The notes beneath the pieces are model-generated. The model worked only from the letters and a program-made list of their open reading frames with translations. It did not search any database and had not been told where the DNA came from. Shown in pieces: positions 26,468-40,925 of a stretch of DNA of 64,000 nt. Within the stretch, counting starts at the first letter, position 1. The number at the start of each line of letters is the position of its first letter. A program made the translations under genes and the position numbers. The stretch comes from Octopus vulgaris (lineage: Eukaryota): assembly GCA_951406725.2 (NCBI GenBank), contig OX597814.1:42408001-42472000 (forward strand). Reading direction: 5' to 3'.

Positions 26468-26977
26468 TCGATCACAAACTTAGATAAACTTAGATATGTT
26501 TTGACCAATGATTGTTCCAGGCCATGTCTAACTTAACAGCACCACATATAAATTATATGATTACGTAAGGGAACAGGAAAAATACATGTCCCAACATTCT
26601 TGTAAGAATTCGCTAAAAAAAAACTTATAAAATCACATTAAGCTTCTGCAAAAAATACGGGTTGTATATGAACAAATGAAAACTGCAAGATAAAACTACA
26701 CAGTGAATTGTGTATTAGTCCAATTTCGAGATGAAACCAGTAAAAAAGCTTACTTCCCATCGTCAGCACAATATTCAAAGAACCACATTCACCAAAATTT
26801 ATACATACCCACACGAAACAAATTCGTATGATGACGTTCAAATAACTCTGCTTTATTTCAAATTAAAGAAAAATTTTTACTTTTATATTTTAAACCGAAA
26901 TAGCCTCAAAGTAATGTAATTCCGATTCGGAGCATAAATATTTTATTTTATTTCATTTTATTTTTTAAATATTTTTT

Positions 26978-27240
<263 letters not shown>

Positions 27241-27436
27241 TGTATGTGCGTTTATATATACACATATATGTGTATGTGTACGTATACATACAAATTGTAT
27301 TGCTAGTTGTCAGACCCTCGTACGCCGAAGTCCATAGGAGACTCCACTATACTCCACTATACAAAGATACATAAACACATGCTTACATACACATATATGT
27401 ACACACATACATACTTACATACCCAGATAGACAAGC

Positions 27437-27439
<3 letters not shown>

Positions 27440-27488
<49 letters not shown>

Positions 27489-27529
27489 ACAGACAGACTG
27501 GCAGTCATACAGATATATAGATAGATATT

Positions 27530-27617
<88 letters not shown>

Positions 27618-27712
27618 TCAGACTGACCGATAGACAGATAGATAGATTGATAGATAGATAGACAGACAGATAGATAAATAGACAGATAGATAGATGGACA
27701 GATAGATAGACT
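27440..27712. repeat. (GA)n followed by (GATA/GACA)n compound microsatellite
   Basis: Direct inspection. Confidence 0.95.
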
Positions 27713-28709
27713 GCGGGTAGATAATATATTAACCTATGCTATCTTAGTATATTCGTAGCTATATTAATGCTTAGTCATGAATTAAAACATTACTTTGTTG
27801 TATCAGTTTCTATTGTTGATTCAGTGCATATAAGTGGTTGCAAGAAGCATGGATGTCATTCTGCATTATCCATGAATGCTGAAAACATGCATCCGTGATC
27901 TGAGGTCAGAATACCACACCAGACAGAATCAACATTATACAACATGAAACAACTCTGGGAGATTGGAACGTTTCATTATTAATAGTTGTATACATTCAAG
28001 GACATTTTACAGCTATGACATTTTGAATGGTTTACTGTGTTACCTTTTTTTATATACATACATTTGCAATGGCCTGAACTTTCGTATACACATCAAAGAC
28101 CCACCCTACAATCACTAGAAAAACATACAGATCATAATCTTGTCCTATAGACAAAACATTGAACATTTTTTTTTATGTCTCTGCTAATCTTAGCGTTACG
28201 TGTACGCATATCCAAATCAACAGATATCAATTATGAATATGTTTCATGTTAGCTGGTAGCTAACGTGCGTGAATTGTTACACTCAATGTGGAATGTTATA
28301 CTGTTCTGTATTATAATTCATTTAAGGGCAAAAAAGACAACAGATAAATTTAATTTAATAGCTTCCCTTTCAACTCAAATGCAATATTAATACTATTGAC
28401 AGTTGTTTTCAAACAGAAGACTTTTTTTTATATTTGGCTTAACACGGAAAACTGTGCTTCGGGTAGACATTCTCGATAATAGATTCTTTCAGCGCTTGTA
28501 CGAATATCATTTGATAAAATCCATTGATTGAATATAACGTGTCGTGATAAGGCCTAACTATAATATACACAAGAAATATATATAATTTTTGCATGTAGAA
28601 AGGGTTATAACTAAGCAGCGTCCTCGTGGACCATATCTGCATATTCCAGTTCTCCAACATTGTATGTGTTAGTTGTAATTGTGTGAGGAATGCATAAGAC
28701 TTCCAAAAC

Positions 28710-28985
28710 ACTAGAAATGGTATTTACAGTTTAATAGAATATCAAAACAGTGGATTGGTAAAAATTGGGTATTATTTGTTCACCATACACGTGTTTCGTT
28801 TATTAATATTACTTGATTCATTGTTTTGAAATTTTTCAAAAGGTAATATCTTACATGTTTTTCTCACATGTACAATTTAGTTACTACCTTAGTAAATGAA
28901 ACACGTGTAATGGTTTATATGTAACATCGAGATCGTTTACCAATTTCCTGCTATAATGTACAATATTGTAAAACTATTTAGTTGT
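28710..28985. repeat. Inverted pair of PLE-like tails with HHR 3' halves
   Basis: ACCATACACGTGTTTCGTTTATTAA (28782) versus TTAGTAAATGAAACACGTGTAATGGT (28889); both read GAAAC-ACGU-GUA; no CUGANGA retained. Confidence 0.55.
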
Positions 28986-29187
28986 CTTTCAGGCGTTAGT
29001 TTACAGAAAAGTATACGCACAACCGCATTTATATAAACACATATAAGTAGATATAGTTATGTATTCACGTTGATATCTTATGAGCAATTAATTCCTCTAC
29101 GAATGTTAAACGTTTCTGTTACTATCGATATTTATCAAAGATCAAACAAGAAGCATATTATGAGAATATACGTGTATAACAATAATA

Positions 29188-29725
29188 TCTTACTAAAATG
29201 GGCGTTATGTCCTTCTGTCTGACCATTCCCACTTCAGGGTCAAATGGTGAACTAATTGGCACGATGTTTTTGGGATTAATAATGAGGTAATCAGGAAGGA
29301 TTTTAGCGAAAAACAATGTGAAAAGGTATGATTATTTAGTGGATAATGAGTTTTGTATAAATAAATCACCTTTGATCGTTTTGTTAAAATTACACCCACA
29401 CCTTATATTTCGTGAACTTAGAGGGTTTAGATTTTCGACAATATTAGCATATCTGCCCATCGGAGATGGACAGATATGCTATCTTAATATAATGGGCGTT
29501 ATGTCCATCTGTCTCTCCGCCTGCCCCTCTTTATACTATCTTAGTATAATGAGCATTATGTCCGTCTCTCTATCCGTCTGTCCGTCTCTTTTTCTATTCC
29601 TTCGTCACGGCCAGACGGCTGGAACAATGGTCACGTTGTTTTTCGGAAATACAGAGACGGTCGTGAGGAAGGTTTCAGCATTAAACAACAGAAAGTATGA
29701 TTATTTCGTGGATATCGATTTTTGA
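29188..29725 (+). mobile_element. Non-autonomous Helitron-like tandem units (three 5' ends)
   Basis: A|TC starts at 29188, 29482 and 29539 (TCTTA.TA.AATG.GC.TTATGTCC) followed by CTGT/CCGT microsatellite and CACGGCCAGACGGCTGG; units 1 and 3 align further downstream. Confidence 0.65.
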
Positions 29726-30277
29726 ATTGATAAACTACCTTGGTATTTTTATAAAAAATTCACCGACCACGAGTAACTCTGGATTTTCATCATAGAGTTT
29801 TGTGACTCTATCGCAGATACGGAAGCGGTCACAACGAAGGTTAATTGCGAAAATAAAATTAGAAAAGTATGTCATCATACTTCGACCACTACATAAAGCT
29901 CTGGCTTTCGTTAGGAGTGATCGACCTAAACATTCACAATACAGAGGCAGGGAACCTATTTCATTTCGCGAGTGAATCGTCATCACATGTTACTTAGTTG
30001 CAAACGCATGTCATGTAGCTGCATAATATATCACGCAGTAATCTATCAAGCCTATTTATACATTACTCAGTACATATTGCTATTATGACTTCCCTCATTT
30101 TATGCCTCCATCGTACATGGTTAGATTTACTAGTATTTCAAACGCCAGCTATATTGACTTGCATAGACAATGTTGCTTACACACATGCTTGCATTTATCT
30201 GCCCGTACAAATATAAAACCAAACACATACATATCATTCTCTCACTATATATAAATATGAGTGTGTGTATATATGTA

Positions 30278-30369
<92 letters not shown>

Positions 30370-30381
30370 TATATCGACATA

Positions 30382-30437
<56 letters not shown>

Positions 30438-30766
30438 ACATATATATCGAGACAGAAAGACACAGAGAGAGACAGAGAAAAAGGGGAGAGAAAGGTAAAT
30501 GTAGGGATACCAAGTACTTTAAATAATGAATCTTTGAATCAATAAGACTACCTCTGAAAGATATATCGCAATTACAAAATAGCAATTAAATCGAACAACC
30601 CTTCTAAAGGGAAGATAATCTAAAGCTTCAAAAATTTTCAAATTCGACATGCCATTAAGGAAAATTGTATGCTCAATGCTTGGATATAAGAGCACACCGA
30701 TTGAGATGTATTCCTGGTTTGATATCCACCATCACCACGGCAACACAGATGCATGCCACACGCACA

Positions 30767-30826
<60 letters not shown>

Positions 30827-31037
30827 ACACCTAACACTCTGTGCATATATGTACACGTACATACATACGCACACGCATGTATATGTATATATTTATTTAT
30901 GCACATACATAAATATATATATAAATATATATTTATTTATGTATATATGTATATATATAAATATATATATATAGTCATGATAGATCACTATCTACTACAC
31001 ATTCTTCATTCTCTCTACTTGTTTCTTTCTGTGTTCC

Positions 31038-31071
31038 TTTCTGTGGAAGAGCGTAGGCTCGAAACGTTAAA
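31038..31071 (+). ncRNA. Minimal type I hammerhead variant in a PLE tail fragment
   Basis: UUU CUGUGGA A GAGC GUAG GCUC GAAAC GUU AAA; perfect stem II, palindromic ACGU stem III. Confidence 0.6.
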
Positions 31072-32630
31072 ACCTTTTGTCACTTCCCGAGTGTTATACT
31101 AATACATCTGTCTGTTATCTAAGCATCTAACCATTCATTCCCCATCTATGTATGTATATATCTATTTATCTATCTATCAGTGTGTTTTATATATACATAT
31201 ATACACCTACATACATACATATCTATCTATCTCTTTACCTATCCAACCATACATCCACTAACTTACCTCTCTGTCTAGCTGTCTGTATTCATATCTATAT
31301 CTATATGTATTTACATATATGTGCGTGTGAGCGTGTGTGTAATTGAATTATATGCATATTTAGAATGTGTGTCTATATCAGTGTTAGAAGAGGAGTTTGA
31401 TCTGGTGTATATGCATTTAAACACTATAAATGGGGTTGTAAATGATTACTGACACAGTTCATCGCTTATATTCAAATTCACTTATTATATTTGCCAAGTT
31501 TTTGGAAATGGTACGTATTTGGACTTTATTTAATATGGTGTCACGAATAACTAACATGATAACTTTGCAGCCAAAGATACACCATTTTGAAATTATTGAC
31601 TCACATAATTAGTCTACTTGAATTTAAGCGGTGAGATTGTCAATAATGAATTATTAAGAAGTTCATTTATAATGTATCAATACACATATTCTCTCAGCAC
31701 TAATATTGATTTCTCTTATCGCACATCACATTATGTATGTGTTTACATATATGTAAGTGTGTATGTACACTTTTATACATATATACAGACGCACACATTT
31801 ATAGAAAATATATATATATATATATCTGTTCTTACACGCATACATACACACATATATACAAACACACATACATAATGATGCAGATATATGTATATGTACA
31901 TAATTAACTGTGTGTGCATGCCTCGTATAATATATAAGAGTGAGTTTGACTTATTTTAAAACGACTGTGCAGTACATTAACACTTGCGCTGTCTGATTGT
32001 TTGAACTATGAAACGTACACAGAACATTCTCTCTCTCTCCACTTTCTCCCTCTCTCTATCTCTTTCTCCCACCTCTTTCTCTCTCTCTCGCTATGTAGAG
32101 AGATAATCGTTACATCTTATTATGTATGTGTATGTGAGAATATTTAATGATTTTCCTAGAGTAGATGTATTTTTGTTTCATATGACATTTTATTTGAGAT
32201 TGTGTCAGACCACATTCCTTTATCATTAGAGTTAAACAGCTGCTTTTTATGCGTATGATTGTATGAGCTCTTGAATGGACAAAAATATGTATTCTTTGGC
32301 ACGATTTTCTGTGTGTTTGTGTGCATAGTGTTACTGCGTTTTCTTGAGAGCGAAGTGACTAAAGTCTCTGCAAATCTAATTTCTGATGAATGACAATATT
32401 GGTGATAAATCAATAGATTTCATGATATATGGCGACCGACTTGGTCTAGAACATATTTCAATCAACCTTACAAGCCAGTCTCACACTAATATCTAACTCT
32501 TCGAATCTGACAGGAACGTCCATTCATAGTTAAATGAAATATGTCAAACACAAATCCCATAACACAGGCCCGTAGACACACGAATTCATATAGAAATATG
32601 CAAATCTGTGTGCATAAATATACTGTGTAG

Positions 32631-32688
<58 letters not shown>

Positions 32689-34189
32689 ACATAAAGAGAG
32701 AGAGAGAGAGAGAGGTAGAGAGATGGGGATATAGATAGCTATGTGCTCATATATATGTAAATATACGCATATATATGTACACACACGCACAAATACAGAC
32801 AGGTGTGTGTATTTATGTATACGTGCTTTTATTTTTAGTATGTAAGTATGTGTGAGTGCGTCCGTCACTATGTAGATTAATACAAGCGAGTATATCTATT
32901 CTTTGTACTTGTACGTAAACCTATAATTGCACGTAATCTCATACAGAAGATTGTACTGAAAATATCAAACACAATATGTACATACGATATATCTGATTGT
33001 CAATATAAAGAGTACTGCAATGAACTTACATCTTGAACGAAATAAAAATTTCGTTTTCTTTTTCTTTTTTTTTTGGGACTTGCCAAATTCTCTACTTTGC
33101 TTAAGAAAACTGAAGAAATCATTTTTATCCATCCAAACACAGACCCCATTTTATTTGACATAATCTACATGATGCCCTCACTAAGTAATTGACTAATGCT
33201 TTTTGACATTACATAAGGCTTATATGATTCCGCATATTTGACGCTGTGTTATGAGTCCTTTCATTATATTAAAGTCTTAGTATTACCTGGAAGTTAATCT
33301 GGCAAATTTCGCTTTGTTAATTTCACGTCTTATACATGATTCTCATTCCTTCAACGCTTCAGGGACCAACACGAAGAATAACCAACGCGTCTGAAAGGAA
33401 TAATTTTCACTAAGTGTAAAGATATGGTAACGTTCAGTTTCATAAACAGTTTGATAAGCAGCTCATGAAGGAAATCTATTTCATGCACAGCTAAGTATGA
33501 TGGAGACTATTCAACACCAAATGTCACACGAGTAACTAATTCAAATCGACATTCAAAGCCACCGTTTTCTCATTAATATTGCTACTACATATTTCGTTGA
33601 GCAGTATGGCTTCTCATATAACAACTTGCTACCGTGAGACTTTACAACTGAAAGTTAAAACGTCCACATGAATACACGAGAGGAAAGCAAAAATGGAGAA
33701 ACACTCATACAAAATCGATGGCAAGAATATAATTTACATCATTTTGCTATACAAATCAATGTCAGTGATACCTCAAATGAAAATGAATTTGGAAAAAAGT
33801 AAAAAAGTTAAATTTTATAAAAATGCTTGACCGTTACTTATTTGTAATACTAACAATAGTGGTGCATAACATTTACAGATCAATGTAATTTCCGTTGCTA
33901 ACAACTACGTGTTGCAGATTTGGGAATGCATTAAGGGAAATTCTATATTCCTAGCATAACTCTACTAAGTAATATAAGCGAGTTAATCTTTTGCTTATGT
34001 TTTTTGTCATACTTACAAATATGTAAGATGTGTTAAATAAAATATAGTGTTACAAAAGATAAAAGCCACCAACTTATAATATATCCATTACGCAGCGAAG
34101 CAAATAAGATAACATAGTGTATATGTTCATGAAAAAGGTATTAAGAAAATGCATCCTGCATTTTAAATAAAGCATAACATAATCAATGA

Positions 34190-35850
34190 ACAAACAAAAG
34201 GCCTAACACTAGAACCATTAAAAGTAAACAGAAAAACGTATGTCTTAGATAATGGTTTCAAGACTAAAAGGATTCGGCAAAACAAGTCTTTTTTTCAAAT
34301 TAAGGTATTTGAGCAATGAGCAAAAAACCATCGAAGGAAGATTTCTGTGGCACTGAAGTTCAGAAAATTCCAGCGCCTTACGTTAGTTAGACATACATTA
34401 TATATGTCGTTACCGATAAGTTTACAATCAATGGCAAGAATCCTAAAATTTGATGGAAAACACACAGCAACAATATAATCCTAAAAAATATGATGATGGT
34501 AGTCTCTCGTAGTCTGAAAAAGACGGTTTGATAATTTCTTGCTAAACAGCCAGCGCTAGTAATTTGCTTATAATGATCAAATTTTTACACTCACTCCTTC
34601 CATCAACTCGGTGCACTGAGTGCCAAGTATCGAATGAATCACAAAGCAACGCCCATGAAATGTTTTATTCAAGAAAACAACTCACCTCCATGTCCAAGAA
34701 TTGAAGCTACTATCTGACAACTGTGCGTGCAAACCCTTAATATCAAAACCCCTATTTGCTAATCTTAGATCAATATATCTTATATCTAACAGTACAAATA
34801 TTACCAAACATCATCTCTGAAAGTGATTTTCGGCGTAGCTGTGTAGTAAAAATTTTGCTTCTCAGCCATATGGTTCTGGGTTCAGTCCAACTGCCTGGCA
34901 CATTGAGCGAGTGTCTTCTTCTAAAAACTTGACAGGACCAGAGCATTGTGAGAGGATTTCCTTCACAGAAACGAAAAGCCCGTCGTATAAATACATCACG
35001 TACAGTACAGACGAACTTCGAATGTTGTATGGTATCACTCAGGCATCACATGCTAAATAACAACAGCGAAAATAAATATATACTTTCAGTAATGAAAAGT
35101 GAAATGCACAACATTGTAGGAGTTGGTAGTGAGCTCCTCAAGAAGCTCTCTCTCCTCCTGATGATCTCCTATACAGCCCCAAAACAGCTCAGAGAAGACC
35201 AGCATACAAAATAGAAAAAATGACTATGCATGGATATGATGTCCAGAAGCTTGAAGAAGACAGTAAAATTGACACTAAGCGTAGCCACTCTTGGACACAA
35301 GACCACTATATTACATCACACTTTGAGGTCTTGCATTTGCAATCCATGTGTAGGAGAGTGTCACAATGTACCTGGTGAAAAAGAGCGACAGTGACGCTCT
35401 CGTAATCCCAAGGCGCAACCGCATGTGCAGACTATGCCATGTTTCTCTGGAAAACATCACGCATCTGATCAGCAGCTGTCCTAAGAAGGGCGAAGGTATG
35501 TACATACCATCGCCCCTCTGCCGCAAACAACAATATCCGGTCTGTTATGCTTACATCATAGAGGTCAGCTGTCCTGCACATATAAATATCTCTATGAAAG
35601 TCAAAGAAACAATATATATCTATAGACAACTGCTTCAAAACCTCCTGCTTGTATATCCAAACCATAAATTGATATTCGTACCGATAATGATTGGAGCACT
35701 AGGTTCTATTCGTAAATACTTGAAGGAGAATCTAGAAAAAACTGGGATTTCCAGAAAGAGAAATCGACCGGCTGATTTGTACATCACAAGTGTAATCTGT
35801 GAGATCAGTAAAAATATACAACATTTCTCAAGTTCCAAATGTGAATTTGT
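34190..35850 (+). mobile_element. R4/Dong-like non-LTR retrotransposon relic (RT C-terminus, zinc knuckle, restriction-like endonuclease), interrupted
   Basis: MHGY..IDTKRSHSW..ITSHFE, CRLCHVSLENITHLISSC, IIEVSCPAHINISMKVKE and FVPIMIGALGSI at 34995-35850; weaker KGLTLEPLK..KTYVL at ~34195. Confidence 0.82.
34831..34988 (+). mobile_element. SINE family D head
   Basis: GGCGTAGCTGTGTAGTAA..GGTTCTGGGTTCAGTCC..GAGTGTCTTCT..AAGCCCGTCGTATA. Confidence 0.75.
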
Positions 35851-36075
35851 TTGTGTTAACTACACCCCAAAGATTGTTGGAAACGGGCTCCCGCCTCAGT
35901 GGAAGTTTTAGAATAATTAAAAAATAGAAGATGCATACGCATATATATGTTTGCGCGTATACATGTGGTTGTGCATATATCTATCTATCTATGTATCTAT
36001 ATATCTATCTATCTATCTCTCTCTCTCTCTATCTATATATCTATCTATCTATCTATCTATTTCTCTCTCTCTCTC

Positions 36076-36110
<35 letters not shown>

Positions 36111-36139
36111 CATGCGTGTGCATGTATGGGAATATTTAT

Positions 36140-36313
36140 GTGTGTTATTTTTTGTTTCCTACCAGCGTTTGATACACGATGTTGCTTTGTTTACGTCCCT
36201 CTTATTTAGAAACATTATTTGGATTAGAAAAAAAAAAAGTGCTACACTCTTGAGGGCTGTGTCCCAGCATGGCTGCTGTTTAAAGATTGAACAATTGGCA
36301 GAGAAAAGATAAA
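36140..36313 (+). mobile_element. SINE family D tail
   Basis: TGTTTACGTCCC..CCCAGCATGGCTGC..AAAAGATAAA aligns to the family D tail. Confidence 0.65.
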
Positions 36314-36969
36314 CAGCTCATCAGAAATCAGTGTGGCAATAATGTATTTTGAAAATTCGCCACATTTATGCATTAAGAATGAGTTTTAAGATTTCGAGAA
36401 ACATCTTTAAATGATTCGTAATGATGAATACACAGTGGCCGAGAAAATTTCATCACATATTTGAAACTATCTTACACCATATACATATATATGAGCATAA
36501 CCTATTCAAAACCTGATTAAGAAATCTATAGTTTAGTAAAATGGTAACATTGTATATTTTAGTACATGGAAGCATTGTAACAAAGAATGCCAACTCTTTA
36601 GAAAAAATATTTTTTGATCACGCTGTTATAGAAAATTGTATATGCACAATAGTCTTTCCACTTTAAATAAGCTTTAAGTAAATGGAATATTATGAGTATT
36701 TCTATCTCTGTAAGTTAATAAAGATATTCGATTGGTGATGAAATCCCAACGCAGGCTTGAACATCGTACAATTAATCACGCCTTTTCTCGTCATGAAAAC
36801 AGGTAGAGCGTTAAACATATCTATGTATACTTACTTTAATAGCCTTCTATAGTTATACTCTGTAGTATTGTAGAGCATTCAATAAACTGTTCACACACTA
36901 GTGATGTACTCACTCTCTCACACACATACGCACGCGTACGCACCCACACACGCACATACATACATATGA

Positions 36970-37165
36970 CTAAATTCAGTCATCTGAACGCAGCCATGGT
37001 GGCTGCACCGCCTTGAAGAGCTTTTAGTCGACCTCAATGCTAATTTTCTTTCATAAGCTTAGTACTTATTTTAGTTGTCTCTTTTGTCTAACTGTTAAGT
37101 TATGGCGACGTAAAAAAATATGGTTTGGAAGCAAAGTACTTACCACAAAACCACGACTCCGCCTA
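36970..37165 (-). mobile_element. SINE family D, internally deleted
   Basis: TTCAGTCATCTGA..GCAGCCATG..CACCGCC tail joined to TGGAAGCAAAGTACTTACCACA head. Confidence 0.7.
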
Positions 37166-37264
37166 CTTACATACATGCATACACACACACATGCATACAT
37201 ACAAACATACATACATACATACATACATACATACATACATACATACATACATAATGAATGAGTG

Positions 37265-37400
37265 CTGGTGAATAACAATAGGAAAGTATAGAAGGCAAGT
37301 TGGACGTCGGCAACGTTTGAACTCAAAACATAAAGACGGAAGAAATGCTTCAAAGCATTTTCTCCGGCGTACTAATGAATCTGCGAGTTCGCATTCTTCA
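37265..37400 (-). mobile_element. SINE family C, old partial copy
   Basis: Minus strand GCGAACTCGCAGATTCATTAGTACGCCGG..CGTCTTTATGTTTTGAGTTCAAA. Confidence 0.65.
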
Positions 37401-38094
37401 TAGTGTATAATAAAATATAATATACCAATATACATACATATACACGCGGGCACGCAAATATATGTATTTATTCAGAGAGAGTATGAGAGACAAAATCGGA
37501 GAGAGAAAGTGACAGACAGACAGTATGTCGCAAAACAGCGACGTAGTTACCAGCAAGCAAGCTTATGGTATATATTGCTAAGCTCATTGTATTTGAACCA
37601 GCTTGTAATGTCATTCGACTGATTCCTGCCTTCCTTCCGCATCGATGTTTTCATTTTCCTCTCATCTTTATCGATATACTCCATGTACTCCATGTTTAAT
37701 ATCGTCCGATTTCTCACTTTTTTAAAAACTGATATACGAAGCGAGGAAATTCATGGTGTATCAATGGTCGCGTGCTTAGCATAAATTTCAATAATATCCA
37801 TTACTTTCTCGTGTATTACAGGTATAAAATTTTATGGATTGGCTCAAATAGGATGTAGATGCTAAGTGAATTATGTACAATATAATTAAGTTGTTACTAT
37901 CGATGTCAAAGCTTCCATGTGCAATTATGAAGACATTGATCAAAGTATGATATCGGCTGAATTACAATTATTAGTTTTGCAGGTGTATACTAAATATATG
38001 TCATACAGAAATGAAAATCATCAATATCTTAATTATCTTCCCATATTATACATCCTGCTGCTACTTCTCTCCCGCCAGAACCTCCTCCTCCTAA

Positions 38095-38275
38095 ACCTCA
38101 TCATCATCATCATCGTTGTCGTCGTCGTCGTCATCGTCCACATTATCATCGTTATCGTCATCAACGTCGTTTCATAAAGGTCGTCGTCGTCACCATTAAC
38201 ATCATCATCATCATCAACAACTACTTCCTTATCATCATCATCATCATCGCCATCATCAACATCATCATAATCAAG
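38095..38275. repeat. (CAT)n/(CGT)n compound trinucleotide microsatellite
   Basis: Direct inspection. Confidence 0.9.
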
Positions 38276-38386
38276 ATAAGATTATGATTAACATAAAAAA
38301 TAAATAACACTGAAGCAAAATAATACCAAATATATAGTGCGTGTGTTTTTATTGTCCAAACTAACAAAATGACCATTCCGAAATAT

Positions 38387-38462
<76 letters not shown>

Positions 38463-38469
38463 ACATGTA

Positions 38470-38615
38470 TGTGTTTCAGTCAGTTGACTACGGCCATGCT
38501 CGAGTACCACTTTTATTCGAACAATTTGACCCCAGTATATATTCTATTGTTTCTTTTTTGCCCAACCGCTAAGTTACGGAGACGTAAACACACCATTATC
38601 GGTCGTCACAGACAC
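38470..38615 (-). mobile_element. SINE family D tail
   Basis: TGTTTCAGTCAGTTGACTACGGCCATGCT..ACCGCTAAGTTACGGAGACGTAAACACACCA. Confidence 0.8.
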
Positions 38616-38857
38616 AAAAACGTATACATACATACACACACATACACACACAGAGAGACACACAGACACACACACACACCCACATATATATATATATATA
38701 TATAAAATGGAGAAATTATACAAAATGTATAAGTGGATGATGAGTACAACAGCAGCACAGTTTATATTACCTGTTATTATCCGTAGATTGCAGGAACTTC
38801 ACTGTGTCAGTTGAGGCAACAGTATTAGTAAAATATATGGAAAAAATGATTTTATTT

Positions 38858-38900
38858 AGTCCGACACATGTTTTGACCCGTTCTGTGTCTCTTCGGTTAC
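38858..38900 (-). ncRNA. Degenerate minimal hammerhead motif
   Basis: CCGAAGA GAC ACAGAACGG GUC AAAAC AUGU GUC GG: two core substitutions relative to CUGAAGA..GAAAC. Confidence 0.55.
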
Positions 38901-39288
38901 ATAAATATATAATAAATATGTCTCACTAGAGATTCAGTTTTACGTATAGCTGTCTCTTTTACGTATGGCTCTCCGTAATCTATGGGAATGAGTAAAAAAC
39001 AAGGAAAAATTGAAACGCGAAAAATGCAAATGTGAACCTGAAAATCTTGAGAAAATGACGTAATGAGCCATCGTTGTTGTAAGTGTTGAGAAACAAAAAG
39101 AAGTAGAAAGGAAGTTAATACTTAGAGGACATTTTTTGTATTCGTTTTCATACGCACGTGTACATACACACATACATATGTGCATGTATGTATGTATATA
39201 TACAGTGGTGGTGCCCCAGCATGGCCGCGACCTTCGGGCTAAAACATTTTTAAATATTTAAGGATATATATATATACATATATACATA

Positions 39289-39400
<112 letters not shown>

Positions 39401-39698
39401 TATATATGCACTTATACATATGCGCTCACATACGCACATCCAAGGTATGGATATGTACTTTCAACTAGATACACGTGCATAAGCGTACTTATTGACGAAT
39501 ACATACATATATGTATAGGAACTCATATATACAGGCACACAGGCCCATGTATACATAAATATACGCGCATAGCATATATAAATATGTGCATCTATTTGTA
39601 CGTAAAGCGACATCTGTGCAAAGTTTGACACACGCACACTGGTTAATACAGTCGCGTATACAAATAAGTAAATATATAATGCATACACACACACACAC

Positions 39699-39751
<53 letters not shown>

Positions 39752-39873
39752 GCATATACGTATATAACCTTAGGCCCGTGAACACGCATGCACAAATTCA
39801 CATCAATATATACATACACCTAAAAACAAGCACAAATGCGCACCGATAGAAATGTACACATATGTATATCTCT

Positions 39874-39904
<31 letters not shown>

Positions 39905-39993
39905 CATACACGCGCACACACACATACACATATATGCACATGCATACACATATATATATACATATATAATTATAAATACACACATATATATAC

Positions 39994-40079
<86 letters not shown>

Positions 40080-40229
40080 TTGTATGGATTTAGATGACAT
40101 GATAACATGTCAAATACAGGATATTAAAATATATTTCCTTAAGTTCATTTGTATTAAAAGTTATGGGCGCCATGTGTATATCAAATTATGTATAATCTTG
40201 GTTGTAGTGTGTAAATGTGTATTTATCTA

Positions 40230-40770
40230 CGTGTAGGCATCTTGGTAATTGTTAGTGAATTTATTTATAATGCGCTCCTTTGTCAATATTATCGGGAGTG
40301 ACACCTCGGATCCTAATTTGCATTTGCAGGATACAGTGTTGAAGGGATTCGCGTGTCTAAGCATGGACCTTGTAAGATCGTATTTTTATCTTTGCTTCCT
40401 TAAGTCGTCAAGTAAAATCGGCCAGTAATGTTACATGTCGTTTGAGCATATTTCGAAAGTTGGCGATGTTTTTGCGGCTTAAATGTTTTAAAGAAATCGG
40501 CTGATGCCCAGATATATATTTAGGTGCCTCCTCGAGTGTTTATAGAGCACGTGTATACGGCATTCCTAGTCATACGTTGGTTATCCAAAGGGCAAATGGA
40601 TCTATCACTGCATGAGCATAACGGTATGATTTTGATGGTTTGTGTCCATCGAGCGCTGGAGAGATTGGTTCTGTTCGGTATTTCGGTTGTCACTATTATC
40701 GTTTTATTATCACTAGGTTTTCTCAGTTCACTATTCGAATTGTTGCTGGTGTTGATTTCAGGATGTTTAT
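40230..40770 (-). mobile_element. Penelope-like element GIY-YIG fragment (Neptune/Nematis-like)
   Basis: CSCSDRSICPLDNQRMTRNAVYTCSI..*IYIWASADFFK (~CNC..K..CPL.N.CL...VVY...YIG...FK). Confidence 0.85.
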
Positions 40771-40782
40771 ATATATATATTC

Positions 40783-40925
40783 CACGGGCTTCTTTCAGTT
40801 TCCGTCTACCAAATCCACTCACAAAGCTTTGGTAGGCCCTAGTCTATACTAAAAGACACTCGTCCAATATGCCACGCAGTGGGACTGAAACCGAAACTAT
40901 GTGGTTGGTAAGCTAACTACTTACG
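40783..40925 (-). mobile_element. SINE family D head
   Basis: ACGGGCTTCTTTCAGTTTCCGTCTACCAAATCCACTCACAAAGC..CACGCAGTGGGACTGAA. Confidence 0.85.

Noticed and set aside
25812-26483. Longest ORF (223 aa, His/Pro/Thr-rich)
   Set aside because: Low-complexity CA/C-rich tract running into a PLE tail and (TA)n; no domain signal.
28439-28711. ORF with faint resemblance to PLE RT (LYSINGFYQMIF)
   Set aside because: Too degenerate to call from sequence alone.
33480-33720. FKATVFSLILL, reminiscent of RTE RT C-terminus
   Set aside because: A single short motif without supporting neighbours.
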